Under the pieces are notes generated by a model. It worked only from the letters and a program-made list of their open reading frames with translations. It had not been told where the DNA came from and made no database searches. From Dudresnaya verticillata (Eukaryota), in NCBI GenBank assembly GCA_977862235.1, contig OZ374564.1:2046001-2110000 (forward strand): a DNA stretch of 64,000 nt, read 5' to 3'. Position numbers and translations under genes: made by a program. Shown piece after piece: positions 36,301-47,181 of the stretch. How positions within the stretch are numbered: position 1 is the stretch's first letter; each line of letters starts with the position of its first letter.

Positions 36301-36782
36301 TAAAGGATAAACACTACAAATACTCCGCTTCGGTTGGTGCGATCCACTGCTGCACAGCAATGTACGCCAGCACACAAGAATGTACCCAAAACTGACACGG
36401 GTACACGTGCACACATCCCAAAACGGTTCAGGCCACACTATATGCATTTCCATCGTTTCGGATGCCGAATATCACTTCACCACACAGGGTTCGAATCCTC
36501 AGTCTCCCCGATGTTGGCAGGGACTTCTTCCACGGTTCGAACCGTATATTCGCCTTCCGGGACCGGGTCCCTGCCTGGTCCAGGTATTTCTTCTCCAGCC
36601 GGGGCACCCGTTATTCGAGGAGGGTGTCGCGGCTTACCCGCTACGGGGCTTATTGCGAGAGCGGTTGAGGCTGCGCGGGTGCGGGGCCCAGTCGTTCTCA
36701 CGGAGGCAAGACTGCCTGTTCGGCGTACTCCCCGACTCGATAATCCGGGCCGGGTAGTAGTCTCGCCATTAGAGATTGGCAT
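33384..36782 (-). pseudogene. gag of element B, frameshifted and split by a solo LTR
   Basis: Coiled-coil N-part, capsid-like FDGKDPVSIIGFL...WPEAINYLLRTY, and degenerate Zn knuckle CFEFLGVGHKKPNC. The frame rejoins across 35806-36484 (EDSNP|GMMPPP). Start approximate. Confidence 0.82.
35806..36484 (-). mobile_element. Solo LTR family A (short subtype) with TSD CAGGG
   Basis: Reverse copy of LTR-A. CAGGG at 35801-35805 and 36485-36489. Confidence 0.95.
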
Positions 36783-37168
36783 GTTGCCAATACAATTTTT
36801 GGCTCAGCTGGCGAGGTAGCGGGGACTTCTTCCCAGGCCTCTCGGCGGTTCAGAACCGTATGGTTACACGTGTTTTCTCAGGTTGCACGGAAAACCTGTC
36901 GAAGTAGGCTCGACCCGGGCGTCAATCCGCCGTCGAGGGGAACTTCTAGGGATGGTTTAAAAACCGTAAAATGTAGCTTGCTTGCTCACAAGATTTGACG
37001 TAACTCCGGAGCTTAGTATAAAGCGTAGAAACCGTCGACAATTAGACGACTAGGGTTTTACCCTTCGAAGGAAGATTCTTGAAACTTCAACGGACAACGT
37101 TCTGTCTTGAATATCTTGACTTGACCCGTCGAGGGTAAGGTAGAAAAGGGGTCCGACCCTGAGAACTT

Positions 37169-37187
37169 GTTCTAGGTCGGGAGACCA
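37169..37187 (-). promoter_or_regulatory. Primer-binding site of element B
   Basis: Minus strand TGGTCTCCCGACCTAGAAC, one nt after the LTR ...CTACA; 18/19 identical to the element A PBS. Confidence 0.8.
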
Positions 37188-37188
37188 C

Positions 37189-37389
37189 TGTAGTAGAATG
37201 GGTTTGAAGCCAACAAAGACGGCGACACGACACGACAGCTGTCCTCAAAGAGCGATCCCACGCGTGTGGTTGGCAGCTCGGGAAAGGGAGTGGTAGAGAC
37301 TTGAGAGGGCTTAAAGCCCTGACAAAGGAAAAAGGGAAAGGCGAACCCTGCTGAATAGAGCAATTCGTCGTAGACGACAGGGCTTGTAG
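37189..37389 (-). repeat. Remnant of 5' LTR of element B
   Basis: Matches 23785-23983, then switches abruptly into TM-gene coding sequence. Confidence 0.9.
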
Positions 37390-38382
37390 TCTCGCAACAA
37401 GTTGGCAGTTGTAGCGCTAGTAGTTGAGTCTCTTTGTGGTATTGCAACGATTGCAATTTCAACCCGGTCTATCTTTTTATCTACTGCGAAATGTGGCTTT
37501 TCAAGATTGTATACAACCATAGTCGCGGTGGCTCTTTGTCTGACAGAGATTTCCAGCATTGCTGTTGAAACCATAGCGATAAAGTCCAAGATTCAAAAGC
37601 AGGTTGCCCCGGAAGTTGCAGGTAGAGTTCGTCTATTAATTCTGCAGAGTATCGTTTTCGCTGTTGTCTTGGTCTATTTGCCCTTTTGGATAACAGTTTT
37701 TGCTAAAGCCCCTTTGGATCTTATCGCAACTATCAATATTTTTGTTGTTCCAGACGCGTCTATTTGGTTTAAACTCGTGGATATCTTTTGGCCAATCGTT
37801 GCTAGTGAGCTCTCGGTCTTCGTACCGCTCGGAATTTTGGTTGGACAAACAGCTGTTGCCATTCTGGTGCGAATTGGGTTGAGGCAGCGCCTTCGCCTTC
37901 GAGTCTTCTTGAGCCTTGTGACTGCACTCGTGGACACTGTGCTGGTGGTGGTTACCGTTCTTCTTATTCTGCCATCGAAACGTTTTGAGAACTGGTGCTT
38001 AAATGGAGAACTCGATGATGTAGACGTCGAATGTTGCAACTTTCTATATAATGACAATAGTGCAGCGTTCACGCATATAGTAACGGGCCAATTTATTTCG
38101 GAGCTGATTGTTGTTGGCTCTTTGCCAGTGGCTAGTGGTGTGACTGCCTTGTTAGCGTATGGTGTTCCCTTGTACAGCGAGAGAAAGAAAGTTACGAACG
38201 AGCAAGTCATGTTTCTAGAGACGAGTACATCGATTGTGGGAACAGCGATTGTCGTGTTTGTCATGCAGGCATTGACCGCAGATATTGCGGTGCTGTCTCT
38301 GACGATTGTGATACCTCAAATATTTGCTCTGGTAGCGCCACTGCTGGGTGAGTATGCTGTGGCTACCATACGAACTATTTGA
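37390..38382 (+). pseudogene. Multi-pass membrane protein copy TM1, 5'-truncated
   Basis: Starts at SRNKLAVV, lacking the first ~50 codons of its paralogues. Open to a CGA>TGA stop just before the normal end. Confidence 0.8.
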
Positions 38383-39289
38383 TCACAAAGGGCATGAATA
38401 GGCTAAGAAATACAAATCTAGAGCAGCTCAGGACGAAGATCGGAGCGTGTGACCGTGTTTGGCAAATGGTCTGTGCAAATGTTTTTTTTATGATACGCAC
38501 TTTATGAAAAGTATGAAAGATGCGGCAGCATGAGTGTTGATGGTGTGTTAGTGTTGTTTGATTTATTGGTTGTCTTTAGTGTTCCTGTGCAGGCAACTCG
38601 GGCCCATTGGCAAGCACACTGCACGGTAGGGGATAATACCCCCTTCCCATTCCAGGGCGGAGAGGAATGGGTCTGATGTGTTGATATTCTGGGCAGATTT
38701 CGCGGATGGCTACCAATGCTCGTGATACAGCGAGGAGCTCTGAGGGGAGGGAGATGTTGTTCTTTATTTTTTTGTTTAGAGTGATCCTACGCGGGCAGCT
38801 GGGGCCAATTTGCAGGCGCACTTAGTATTCCTATAGAGGACTCGGGTATCTCACTATACAGTACGGCAGGCGTTGTGGCCTGATAGGGTAGACTGGGGTC
38901 TTAGGGGACAGGATGGGAAGGTTCCTAGATTCCACCCAACAGCGAACTTATGGTCACGGTGGTCGGCTAGCCGAAAGGCGGGAGGAAGGAGGAGCGTGGA
39001 GAATATGGGTGCGCTTCGCGAGCCTGTCAGGGAAGCTTGCCACACAATGTACATTGAGGCGCAAATGGCAGCATACCGTGAGGGGGACCGCAGGTGCTCC
39101 TGGAGTCTCCCTCCGGGGAGCAGCTGGATAGCGTTGATCGTTTGTTGTGCGTGCCAGGCCGCTTGCAGCGTACTTCGAGCGGGTTTCCGTAGTCCTTGTA
39201 GCCAGCTTGTGTTGAATGGCATTTTGGGGGTGGTCTCGCGCGTGTGAGAGCTTGTAGAGTGGTGGAGTGTGGTCGGATGGCAGACTGAC

Positions 39290-42200
39290 GCATTTGGCAG
39301 GTTTGAAATGGTTCAGATTTATTAGTTCTTTTCGGTGGGCCAAATCAATCATTTTGGTTGAAAATTTCGGACGCGCATTTGAAGCATGGCTCTCGATTTG
39401 TTGGGAGAAAGAGTTAGTTATTAATGCTTCTTCCCCTTTCCGTTCTCCAAAGTCTGTTGCTGAGAGTGTGCTTTTTTGCCATTGAAGAGTTGTGAGGTTG
39501 CAATACGTTCAGTTAGCACACAACGCGCTTTATGACCTTTATTGGTGTTGCGGATGCCCCGCAAATTCATCGCTCGATACGAAATTCTTCTCTGATAATG
39601 CCCTTCGATGCTTTGAGCGACTACAGGTGGGCCAAGGAAATAACCTTCTACCACAGACAGATAATATGAATTCGCTTAGGAAGGGCTTCTCATGGGACTC
39701 ATCTCTTGCTTGTTCTCTCGTCAGCATCTCAACGGTATTTCTGACTCGTGGTGCCTGGCCACATGCAGCTCCTCGTTGGGAAAAAACGTTGGAACCCTTG
39801 CTCGACCCAACTCATTATCTCTTTTATCCGCCTTCAACAAGATTTGGGGTTTTTGAGGACGCAGAAAAGCAGACAAAAGCCCAAGAAAATAGAGGCATTG
39901 CTCTGTCCCTGTGCCCTTTGCATTCTTTTCGCAGCATTTATTAGCCGCAACTAGTCCCCGACTAAAACTATTCATATAGACCCATTATGTTACCTTTCGA
40001 TGCTGAGAACGCTTCGTTTCTCCCTGTATCAGCATCATTTTATCACACTCCCCCAAACCCTGGGCCCCCATCATTGCGAGTTTGTTTTTTCTTTCCACTA
40101 GAATTCGGGATTAACGATTACAAACTTACCTCGTAGAAAATCCTTCTCCGAAACCGACAGGGAGTCATTCCTGTGTTTGAATCTCAGATTGAAAGCGTTC
40201 TTAACGCTAGAAACTGAACAAGTGGGGTATGCATATTAATTCTCGGGAGCATTTTGCATTGAAGATTAAGCGACAGGATTCTCTTGGCACTGGGGCGACG
40301 CCCCTAAACAGCACTGTATTTACTCTGGCTGCCATCGAGATTTTCTTTACAATCGTTAAGTCTCTGGCTCTTCCTCTATCTCGCAACAAGTTGGCAGTCG
40401 TAGCGCTAGGCATTGAATCCCTTTGTGGTATTGCAACGATTGCAATCTCAACCCGGTCTATGTTTCTTGCTACAGCGAAATGTGGCTTTTCAAGATTGTA
40501 TACAACCATAGTCGCGGTGGCTCTTTGTCTAACAGAGATTTCCAGCGTTGCTGTCGAATCCCTCGCGATAAAGTCCAGGATTCGGAAGCAGGCTGCCCCG
40601 GAAGGTGCAGGTAGAGTTCGTCTATTAATTCTGCAGAGTATCATTTTCGCTGTTGTCTTGGTCTATTTGCTCTTTTGGATAACAGTTTTTGCAAGATTCC
40701 CATTGGATCTTTTCCTAAGTTCCAACGTTGATGATCTACCGATTGCTTGGCTTAAACTCTCGGACATTTTTTATCAAATCTTTGAAAGCGAACTCTCCAT
40801 TTTTGTACCCCTCGGCATTTTGGTTGGGCAAACGGTTCTTGTCATTCTTGTGCGAATTGGTTTGAGGAAGCACCTTCGACTTCGAGTCGTATTGAGTATT
40901 CTAACTGCACTCGTCGACGTTGTGCTGGTAATTAGCGTTTTGCTTATTCAACGACCGCCGGGTTCAAATGCTTCAGAATGCCGAGAAGATAACGCAAACT
41001 ACAACGAAAACATTGATATTGGTGAATGCTGCGATTTAATATATTCGGACAATAGCGCACCGATCTCGTTTCTGTTAACGGGGTATACCGTTGGAGAGCT
41101 GATTATTGTTGTCTCACTCCCAATAGCTAGTGGTGTAACCAGCTTGGCAGCGTACTGCGCTCCCTCGTACAGCGAACGAAAGAAAGTTACGAACGAGCAA
41201 GTCATGTTTCTAGAAGCGAGTACATCGATTGTGGGAACAGTGGCTGTTGTGTTTGCAATGCGAGCAATAACCCCAGATATTGGGATGTTGGTTCTCTCTA
41301 TAGTGATTCCCCAAATATTTGCTCTGGTAGCGCCACTGCTGGGTGAGTATGCTGTGGCTACCATACGAGCTATTCGATCACAAAGAGTGTAATAATGTAT
41401 GCAAGTCAAGAAAAGGTCGCAACGAAGATTGGAGTGTGTGGCTCATGCTTGGCAAATGGTCTGCGCGAATTTCTTTCCACTTCCACAGAATAACACCTCT
41501 GTGTTGTGCGGAGGTAGCAGGCAGAAAGTTGATTCGAGGAAGGGACGGCGTTGTGGGTCGTCAGAGAAAGTCTCGCAACAGAGCTACTATCTATCCATGT
41601 GGCTGTCTCCAAATGTAGAGAGGCTGCATATGGCAACCTTCCTTCCAGGCACCTGACCGTTACAGCACAACATGATGTTTTTGGCACCTTCCTAAGCCGG
41701 CCACGACGCTGGGCCAAATTATCTTTGATAAAAACAGCTTCGGACGCGCACTTAAACCGTCGATGGTATGCTCCAGCACCGTCGGCTTTTTTAGAAAGAG
41801 CTGGCCATTGAAGCTATCATGTTACTTTCACATTTAGTATTCCAAAGTCTGTTACTGAGTGTGTGGATTTGTTTTCCCTTGCAGGTGTGATTGCAAGACG
41901 TTGGCACACGGCATGCTTCATGACTTCTATTGCTTCTGTGAATGCCCAACGAATTCATCGCTCGTTGAAAAACACTTCTCTGAAAATACACATCGGGGCT
42001 TTGAGCGACTCTATGCGGCCCATGGAAATAAAATGCTGCCAAAAACCAAAGGTATGAATTCGCTCAGGAAGGGCTTCTCATGGGACACGTCTCCCATTTT
42101 ATAAGACCTCTTCTTATAATGCTAACAGCATTACTCACTCGTCGCTGGGCCACACGAAGCTATTCGCTGGGCATCGTTGGAACGTTTGCTCGACCAACTG

Positions 42201-44070
42201 ATTACCTCTTTCATTCACAGAAGAAGACAATTTGGGGGTCTTAAGGACGCAGAAGAACAGACAACAGCCCGAGTAAATAGAGGCATGCTCTGTCCATGTG
42301 TCCTGCGAATTCTTTTCGCTGTAATCATTAGGTACACTGCCTGACAACTAATCCCCGAGTAAAAACTGTACATCTGCGCGCATTGTGTTACTCATCCACA
42401 CTGAGAATACTTGTTCTCTCCCCAAACCGTGAGTCCCATCATTGCGAGCTTGGACGGCTTTGCTCTTTACAATTCGGGTTCATCGAGTCGACGACATCGA
42501 CTACAAACTCGTCTCTATCGTAAATCCTTCTCCCAAAATCGACAGAGAGGACGGGAGCTTCTGGTACGTGCAAACAGCACTGACCATTTTCTTCTGGATT
42601 CATCTTCAAGAATTGCTCATTGCTCATTCACCTCGTCAATATGCGCACTAATTCTCCAAATCGAGGTACAGGCTTCTGCTGGACCTCGTCCCCATCCTTT
42701 CTTTGCTCCCCATCGATATGCCCAACGTTTCCCTCGGCCATACTTTTGATTCTAGCGCGCTCTCCAACTCTTCAGCCTACACGGTGATGTTCTCATATTG
42801 TTATTAAGTAGTTGTTTAAGTGACCCTGGGAAGGTAATTGCGCTTATATGCAAGAACACGTTGTGCTAAGCGACTTGCAAATTATGCAGCCTGTGAGTAT
42901 GGAGGGCGGGAAAGGAGCGAGGTGATTTCTTGTGGATTCAGGGATAGCAGTTCAGTGTGTTGCCGATGGGGTAAGGTATGCCACCATTCCAAAACAGACG
43001 AAAACTTATACATATCTCGGGATATCAAGTTTTGATAATATATACACCGGAAACAAATGCTCTGGGCCATAGCTTTCTCTGTGCTTGAGGTTTTTCTTGT
43101 TCATCTTGTAAGCAGAAAACCGGTCTGCTTGCAACTCGATAGCGATACAAGAAGGGCAGTTCTAATAATTTTCTAGATTCTGCCAGCATAGCACGGCAGC
43201 ACTTTCGTAATTCAAAGCTACTGAGTGTGCATAATGTTTTGTGACTTCGAAGGTGTGATCGCAAGACGTTAGCACACAACACGCTTCATGAATTTTATGG
43301 GGTTTGCGATGCCCCGCGAATTCATCTCCAATTGCAAAACGCTTCTCTGAGACTGCACGTCGGGACTTTGAGCAAAGATGTGCGGCCCAAGGAAATGCAA
43401 TGCTGCCACAAACCGAAGGTATAATGATTTCGTGACGATCATGGTGAGTTTGCTCGGGAAGGGTTTCTCGTGGGGCGCATCCCCTGTTTGGCCTCTTAGA
43501 ATTTCAACGGTATTACTCTCTCATCGCCGGTCCATACAAAGCTATTCGTGGGGCAATGCAAAAGTCTGCTCGACTCAACTGATTACTTCTTTCATCCGCA
43601 AAATATTCGAGTTTGGGGTCCTAACAGACGCAGAAGAATATACAACTGCCCAAGGAAATAGAGGCATGTCCATGTGTCGTGTACACTCTTTTCGCTACAT
43701 ATTTCAATACGTGCTAGCTGACAACTAATCCCAGAGTGAAAACGTTTCATACAAACCGATTGTGTTATCTATCGACGCTCAGCACGCGTTCCCTCCTCCA
43801 ACCTCCCGAGCCCCCTTCATTGCGAGTTTGGCATTTCCCTTTAGAGTTCGGGTTAACGACTACGAACTTAGCGCATTCAAAATCTATTTTTCCAGACCTG
43901 CATTGAGCGACAGGACCTTCTGGTACGTTCAAAGGTTTGAACGGCACTAACATTCTTCTGGATTCGTCTTCGATCACTTCGTAAAACATCCTTCTCTCCA
44001 ACAAGGTCAATATCAAGGTCCTGGTATCCACGCCGATTTTTCCTCTCAAAGTGCAGCCATTCTTAATAGT
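39290..44070 (+). repeat. Three diverged copies of a ~0.9 kb block upstream of the TM genes (~39.3-40.2, 41.7-42.65, 43.15-44.07 kb)
   Basis: Shared anchors TTAGCACACAACGC, GAAGGGCTTCTCATGGGAC, AAATAGAGGCAT, CATTGCGAG, TTCGGG. Boundaries approximate. Confidence 0.8.
40229..41392 (+). CDS. Unrecognised multi-pass (~9 TM) membrane protein TM2, 387 aa
   Basis: Open frame with about nine hydrophobic segments, conserved in paralogues; acidic loop with C...ECC. True start uncertain. Confidence 0.75.
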   Translation: MHINSREHFALKIKRQDSLGTGATPLNSTVFTLAAIEIFFTIVKSLALPLSRNKLAVVALGIESLCGIATIAISTRSMFLATAKCGFSRLYTTIVAVALCLTEISSVAVESLAIKSRIRKQAAPEGAGRVRLLILQSIIFAVVLVYLLFWITVFARFPLDLFLSSNVDDLPIAWLKLSDIFYQIFESELSIFVPLGILVGQTVLVILVRIGLRKHLRLRVVLSILTALVDVVLVISVLLIQRPPGSNASECREDNANYNENIDIGECCDLIYSDNSAPISFLLTGYTVGELIIVVSLPIASGVTSLAAYCAPSYSERKKVTNEQVMFLEASTSIVGTVAVVFAMRAITPDIGMLVLSIVIPQIFALVAPLLGEYAVATIRAIRSQRV

Positions 44071-44090
44071 TGCAACCGAACAATCGATTT

Positions 44091-45245
44091 ATGCATATCA
44101 ATTCTCGGAAGCATTTTGCATTGAAGATTAACCGACAGGATTCTCCTGGCACTGGAGCAACGCCCCTAACCTATGCATTATTTACTCTCGCTGCTATCGA
44201 GATTGTCTTCACAATCGTTAAGTCCCTGGCTCTTCCTCTATCTCGCAACAAGTTGGCAGTCGTAGCGCTAGTAGTTGAGTCTCTTTGTGGTATTGCAACG
44301 ATTGCAATTTCAACCCGGTCTATCTTTGTATCTACAGCGAAATGTAACTTTTTAAGATTGTATGCAACCTTAGTCGCGATGGCTCTTTGTCTGACAGAGA
44401 TTTCCAGCATTGTTGTTGAATCCATAGCGATAAATTCCAGGATTCGAAAGCAGGTTGCCCCGGAAGGTACAGGTAGAGTTCGTCTATTAATTCTGCAGAG
44501 TATCGTTTTCGCTGTTGTCTTGGTCTATTTGCTCTTTTGGGTAACAGTTTTTGCAAAAGCCCCTTTGGATCTTGTCGCAACTATCGATGTTTTTGATGTA
44601 CCAGACGCGTCTATTTGGTATAAACTCGCGGATATCTTTTGGCAAATCTTTGCTAGTGAGCTCTCGGTCTTCGTACCGCTCGGAATTTTGGTTGGACAAA
44701 CAGCTGTTGTCATTCTGGTGCGAATTGGGTTGAGGCAGCGCCTTCGCCTTCGAGTCTTCTTGAGCCTTGTGACTGCACTCGTGGACACTGTGTTGGTGGT
44801 TACCGTTATTCTTATTCTGCCATTGAACAGTTTTGAGGACTGGTGCTTATATGGAGAACTCAATGATGTAGAAGTCGAATGTTGCAACTTTCTATATAAT
44901 GACAATAGTGCAGCGTTCTCGCATTTACTTTCGGGCCAACTTATTTCGGAGCTGATTGTTGTTGGCTCTTTGCCAGTGGCTAGTGGTGTGACTGCCTTGT
45001 TAGCGTATGGTGTTCCCTTGTACAGCAAGAGAAAGAAAGTTACGAACGAGCAAGTCATGTTTCTAGAGACGAGTATATCGATTGTGGGAACAGCGATTGT
45101 CGTGTTTGTCATGCAGGCATTGACCGCAGATATTGCGGTGCTGTCTCTGACGATTGTGATACCTCAAATATTTGCGCTGGTGGCCCCACTGCTGGGTGAA
45201 TATGCTGTGGCTACCATACGAGCTATTCGATCACAAAGAGTATAA
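44091..45245 (+). CDS. Unrecognised multi-pass (~9 TM) membrane protein TM3, 384 aa
   Basis: Same MHINSR start and RAIRSQRV end as TM2; open frame. Confidence 0.75.
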   Translation: MHINSRKHFALKINRQDSPGTGATPLTYALFTLAAIEIVFTIVKSLALPLSRNKLAVVALVVESLCGIATIAISTRSIFVSTAKCNFLRLYATLVAMALCLTEISSIVVESIAINSRIRKQVAPEGTGRVRLLILQSIVFAVVLVYLLFWVTVFAKAPLDLVATIDVFDVPDASIWYKLADIFWQIFASELSVFVPLGILVGQTAVVILVRIGLRQRLRLRVFLSLVTALVDTVLVVTVILILPLNSFEDWCLYGELNDVEVECCNFLYNDNSAAFSHLLSGQLISELIVVGSLPVASGVTALLAYGVPLYSKRKKVTNEQVMFLETSISIVGTAIVVFVMQALTADIAVLSLTIVIPQIFALVAPLLGEYAVATIRAIRSQRV

Positions 45246-45835
45246 TAAACTAAGGCATGCAAGTCAAGAATAAGTCGCGACGAAGGTGGGGGCGTGTGGG
45301 TCGTGCTTGGGAAAAGGTCTGCACGAATGTCTTTCCACTTCCACAGAATAACAACTCTATGTTTTCAGGATGTAGCAGACAGAAAGTTGACTCGAGGAAG
45401 TATCGGCATTGTGGGTCGTGAGATAAAGTTTCGCAACAGAGCTACTACATATCTATGCATGTGGTTATTTAAATGTAGTGGCTGCATATGTAAACCTTCC
45501 TTCCAGGCACCTTCCTAAGCCCCGGGCACCAGGCTTGGCCACATTATATTTGACTAAAAGACCAATCGTGCACTACTGGCCGTGGTTCCCGTATCGGTTC
45601 TCCCACTGGGTGTATTAATCGGCGTCAGTTGGTAGGCTGTTGTCTAGGCCGTGTTCTTTGCTAAGCCCCCTCATGAGGCTTCTAGTATCTCGCTGAATAA
45701 AGTGCAACTCTCCCTTTAATCTATTAAGTAATAGCGCAAGTATGGCCTTAACCACAAACATGTTAATCCCTCTCCCCAAGCATGTTCTTAAAAAGCCATC
45801 AACGAGTTAGTGCAAAGACTTGGCTCTGGTGGCGA

Positions 45836-47056
45836 CTAGGTAGTGATGTTTCCCACACTGATGCCGCCACCACTACTGCAACGAGCAGTCATCAAAGTGT
45901 ACGGAGAGTACTTTGTGTACTGCACTGGCGGGAACCCGGTGTACCGAATCACAAGCCGAACATATCCAGACTTTGCAACTGCACCCTCGCTTCCATCCAC
46001 GGGAAGCCCGATTGTCGATTCCGTCTCCCCCGCGCCATTCATCGCCCATGGGACTGTACGCCCCCTGTCACCATTTGAGAACTGAAGGTATGCCGTCCCA
46101 GAAACCTTACCAGTGGTCCGAATGGTGGCCTTGAAGCCGTACACAAACGGGCACGTCCTTTTCAAATCTCGGATAATCGGACGCAGCTGTACGGACGAAA
46201 CAGTCAACGGTGTGACGATGTCCGGGTAGCTGAACACCAGTCTGAAATTGTTCCCGACACAAGCAATGGACTTGAGATCGACATATCTGTCCACAAATTC
46301 GGCCTTGCCAGCAAGTGAGGAAGGCAGAAAGTCTACGAGCTTGTCAAAGATGAGGTCGTCCAGGTCCACCGAAAGGTACTTCTTAATCTCATCCTTCTTC
46401 AGTTCATCCATCAGCTTTGTCTTGAGTGCGTTGCGAGCAGCGTCCTTGATGTTCTTGAAATAGTTGATTATCTTGGCGGCCGTGTTAAGAACAAGGGAAT
46501 GTATCTTGTAGTCAAAGTCCATGTGCACATCATTCGGCATCAAAGTCACGCGGGGGCCATCAAACTTAAGAGTGAAGAAGAGGTCGATATAGAAGTTTTT
46601 GATAGCAGCCTTGTGGTTGAGAGCATGGACCTTGCAGGGTTTATCCTTCCTCCTGTTGATACAACCGACCATGAGAGCCTGATTGCTGTCCTTTGCGGTG
46701 ATTCGGAGCTTCCATTGGGATCCTTGGCGAGAGAACTGGATGGTGTCGGTGGCAAAGTTGTTGACGAAGAATTCATAGCGTCGGAATGCACCAGTGACCA
46801 TAATTCTGGGAATAGGGAAGCTGAGGCGATGGCCAGTCGGAAGCTGGACGAAGGAACCGTCGTAATACCAGGTGGCAGAGTCAGAGCCAGCGTTCTTGAA
46901 GGGCCCCATAGTGTCGAGGTAGATCTGCATCTGGGAAGCTTGGCTATTAACGGCACTGAGGAAAGCGGACTTTGGAATATTGATGGAGCCGGTCTTGGCT
47001 GAAGCGGAAGCTAGCACAAAGGCTAGGAAAATGAAGAAGGAGACGTAGCGCTTCAT
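45836..47056 (-). CDS. Unrecognised secreted protein SP1, 406 aa, intronless
   Basis: Signal peptide MKRYVSFFIFLAFVLASASA-KT; upstream TATA box; paralogue at 52336. Confidence 0.88.
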   Translation of the reverse strand: MKRYVSFFIFLAFVLASASAKTGSINIPKSAFLSAVNSQASQMQIYLDTMGPFKNAGSDSATWYYDGSFVQLPTGHRLSFPIPRIMVTGAFRRYEFFVNNFATDTIQFSRQGSQWKLRITAKDSNQALMVGCINRRKDKPCKVHALNHKAAIKNFYIDLFFTLKFDGPRVTLMPNDVHMDFDYKIHSLVLNTAAKIINYFKNIKDAARNALKTKLMDELKKDEIKKYLSVDLDDLIFDKLVDFLPSSLAGKAEFVDRYVDLKSIACVGNNFRLVFSYPDIVTPLTVSSVQLRPIIRDLKRTCPFVYGFKATIRTTGKVSGTAYLQFSNGDRGRTVPWAMNGAGETESTIGLPVDGSEGAVAKSGYVRLVIRYTGFPPVQYTKYSPYTLMTARCSSGGGISVGNITT

Positions 47057-47174
47057 TTTTGGTCGGGCTGCTATGGGAGCGGATTTGTAAGTTTGTTCGT
47101 TGATGAGTTAGTAGCACGAGCTGTGTTGTGAATGGAAGGGTAGGTACTACATCTGTCCTTGTCCTCAGTACTCC

Positions 47175-47181
47175 TTTTATA
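47175..47181 (-). promoter_or_regulatory. TATA box of SP1
   Basis: CTCTATAAAAG ~120 nt upstream of the ATG. The same motif lies at a similar distance before SP2. Confidence 0.7.

Larger units (their letters stand above)
23785..37389 (-). mobile_element. Ty3/gypsy chromovirus element B (~13.6 kb incl. nested solo LTR), 5' LTR truncated
   Basis: 5' LTR remnant 37189-37389; PBS 37169-37187; gag; PR-RT-RH-IN-chromodomain; ~4.3 kb 3' region; PPT 24506-24520; 3' LTR 23785-24505. Confidence 0.9.

Noticed and set aside
38545..39290. 5'-truncated LINE on the minus strand (AATAAA and A-rich end near 38.56 kb)
   Set aside because: It seems to be a unique insert in the TM array, but no RT motif or TSD could be confirmed.
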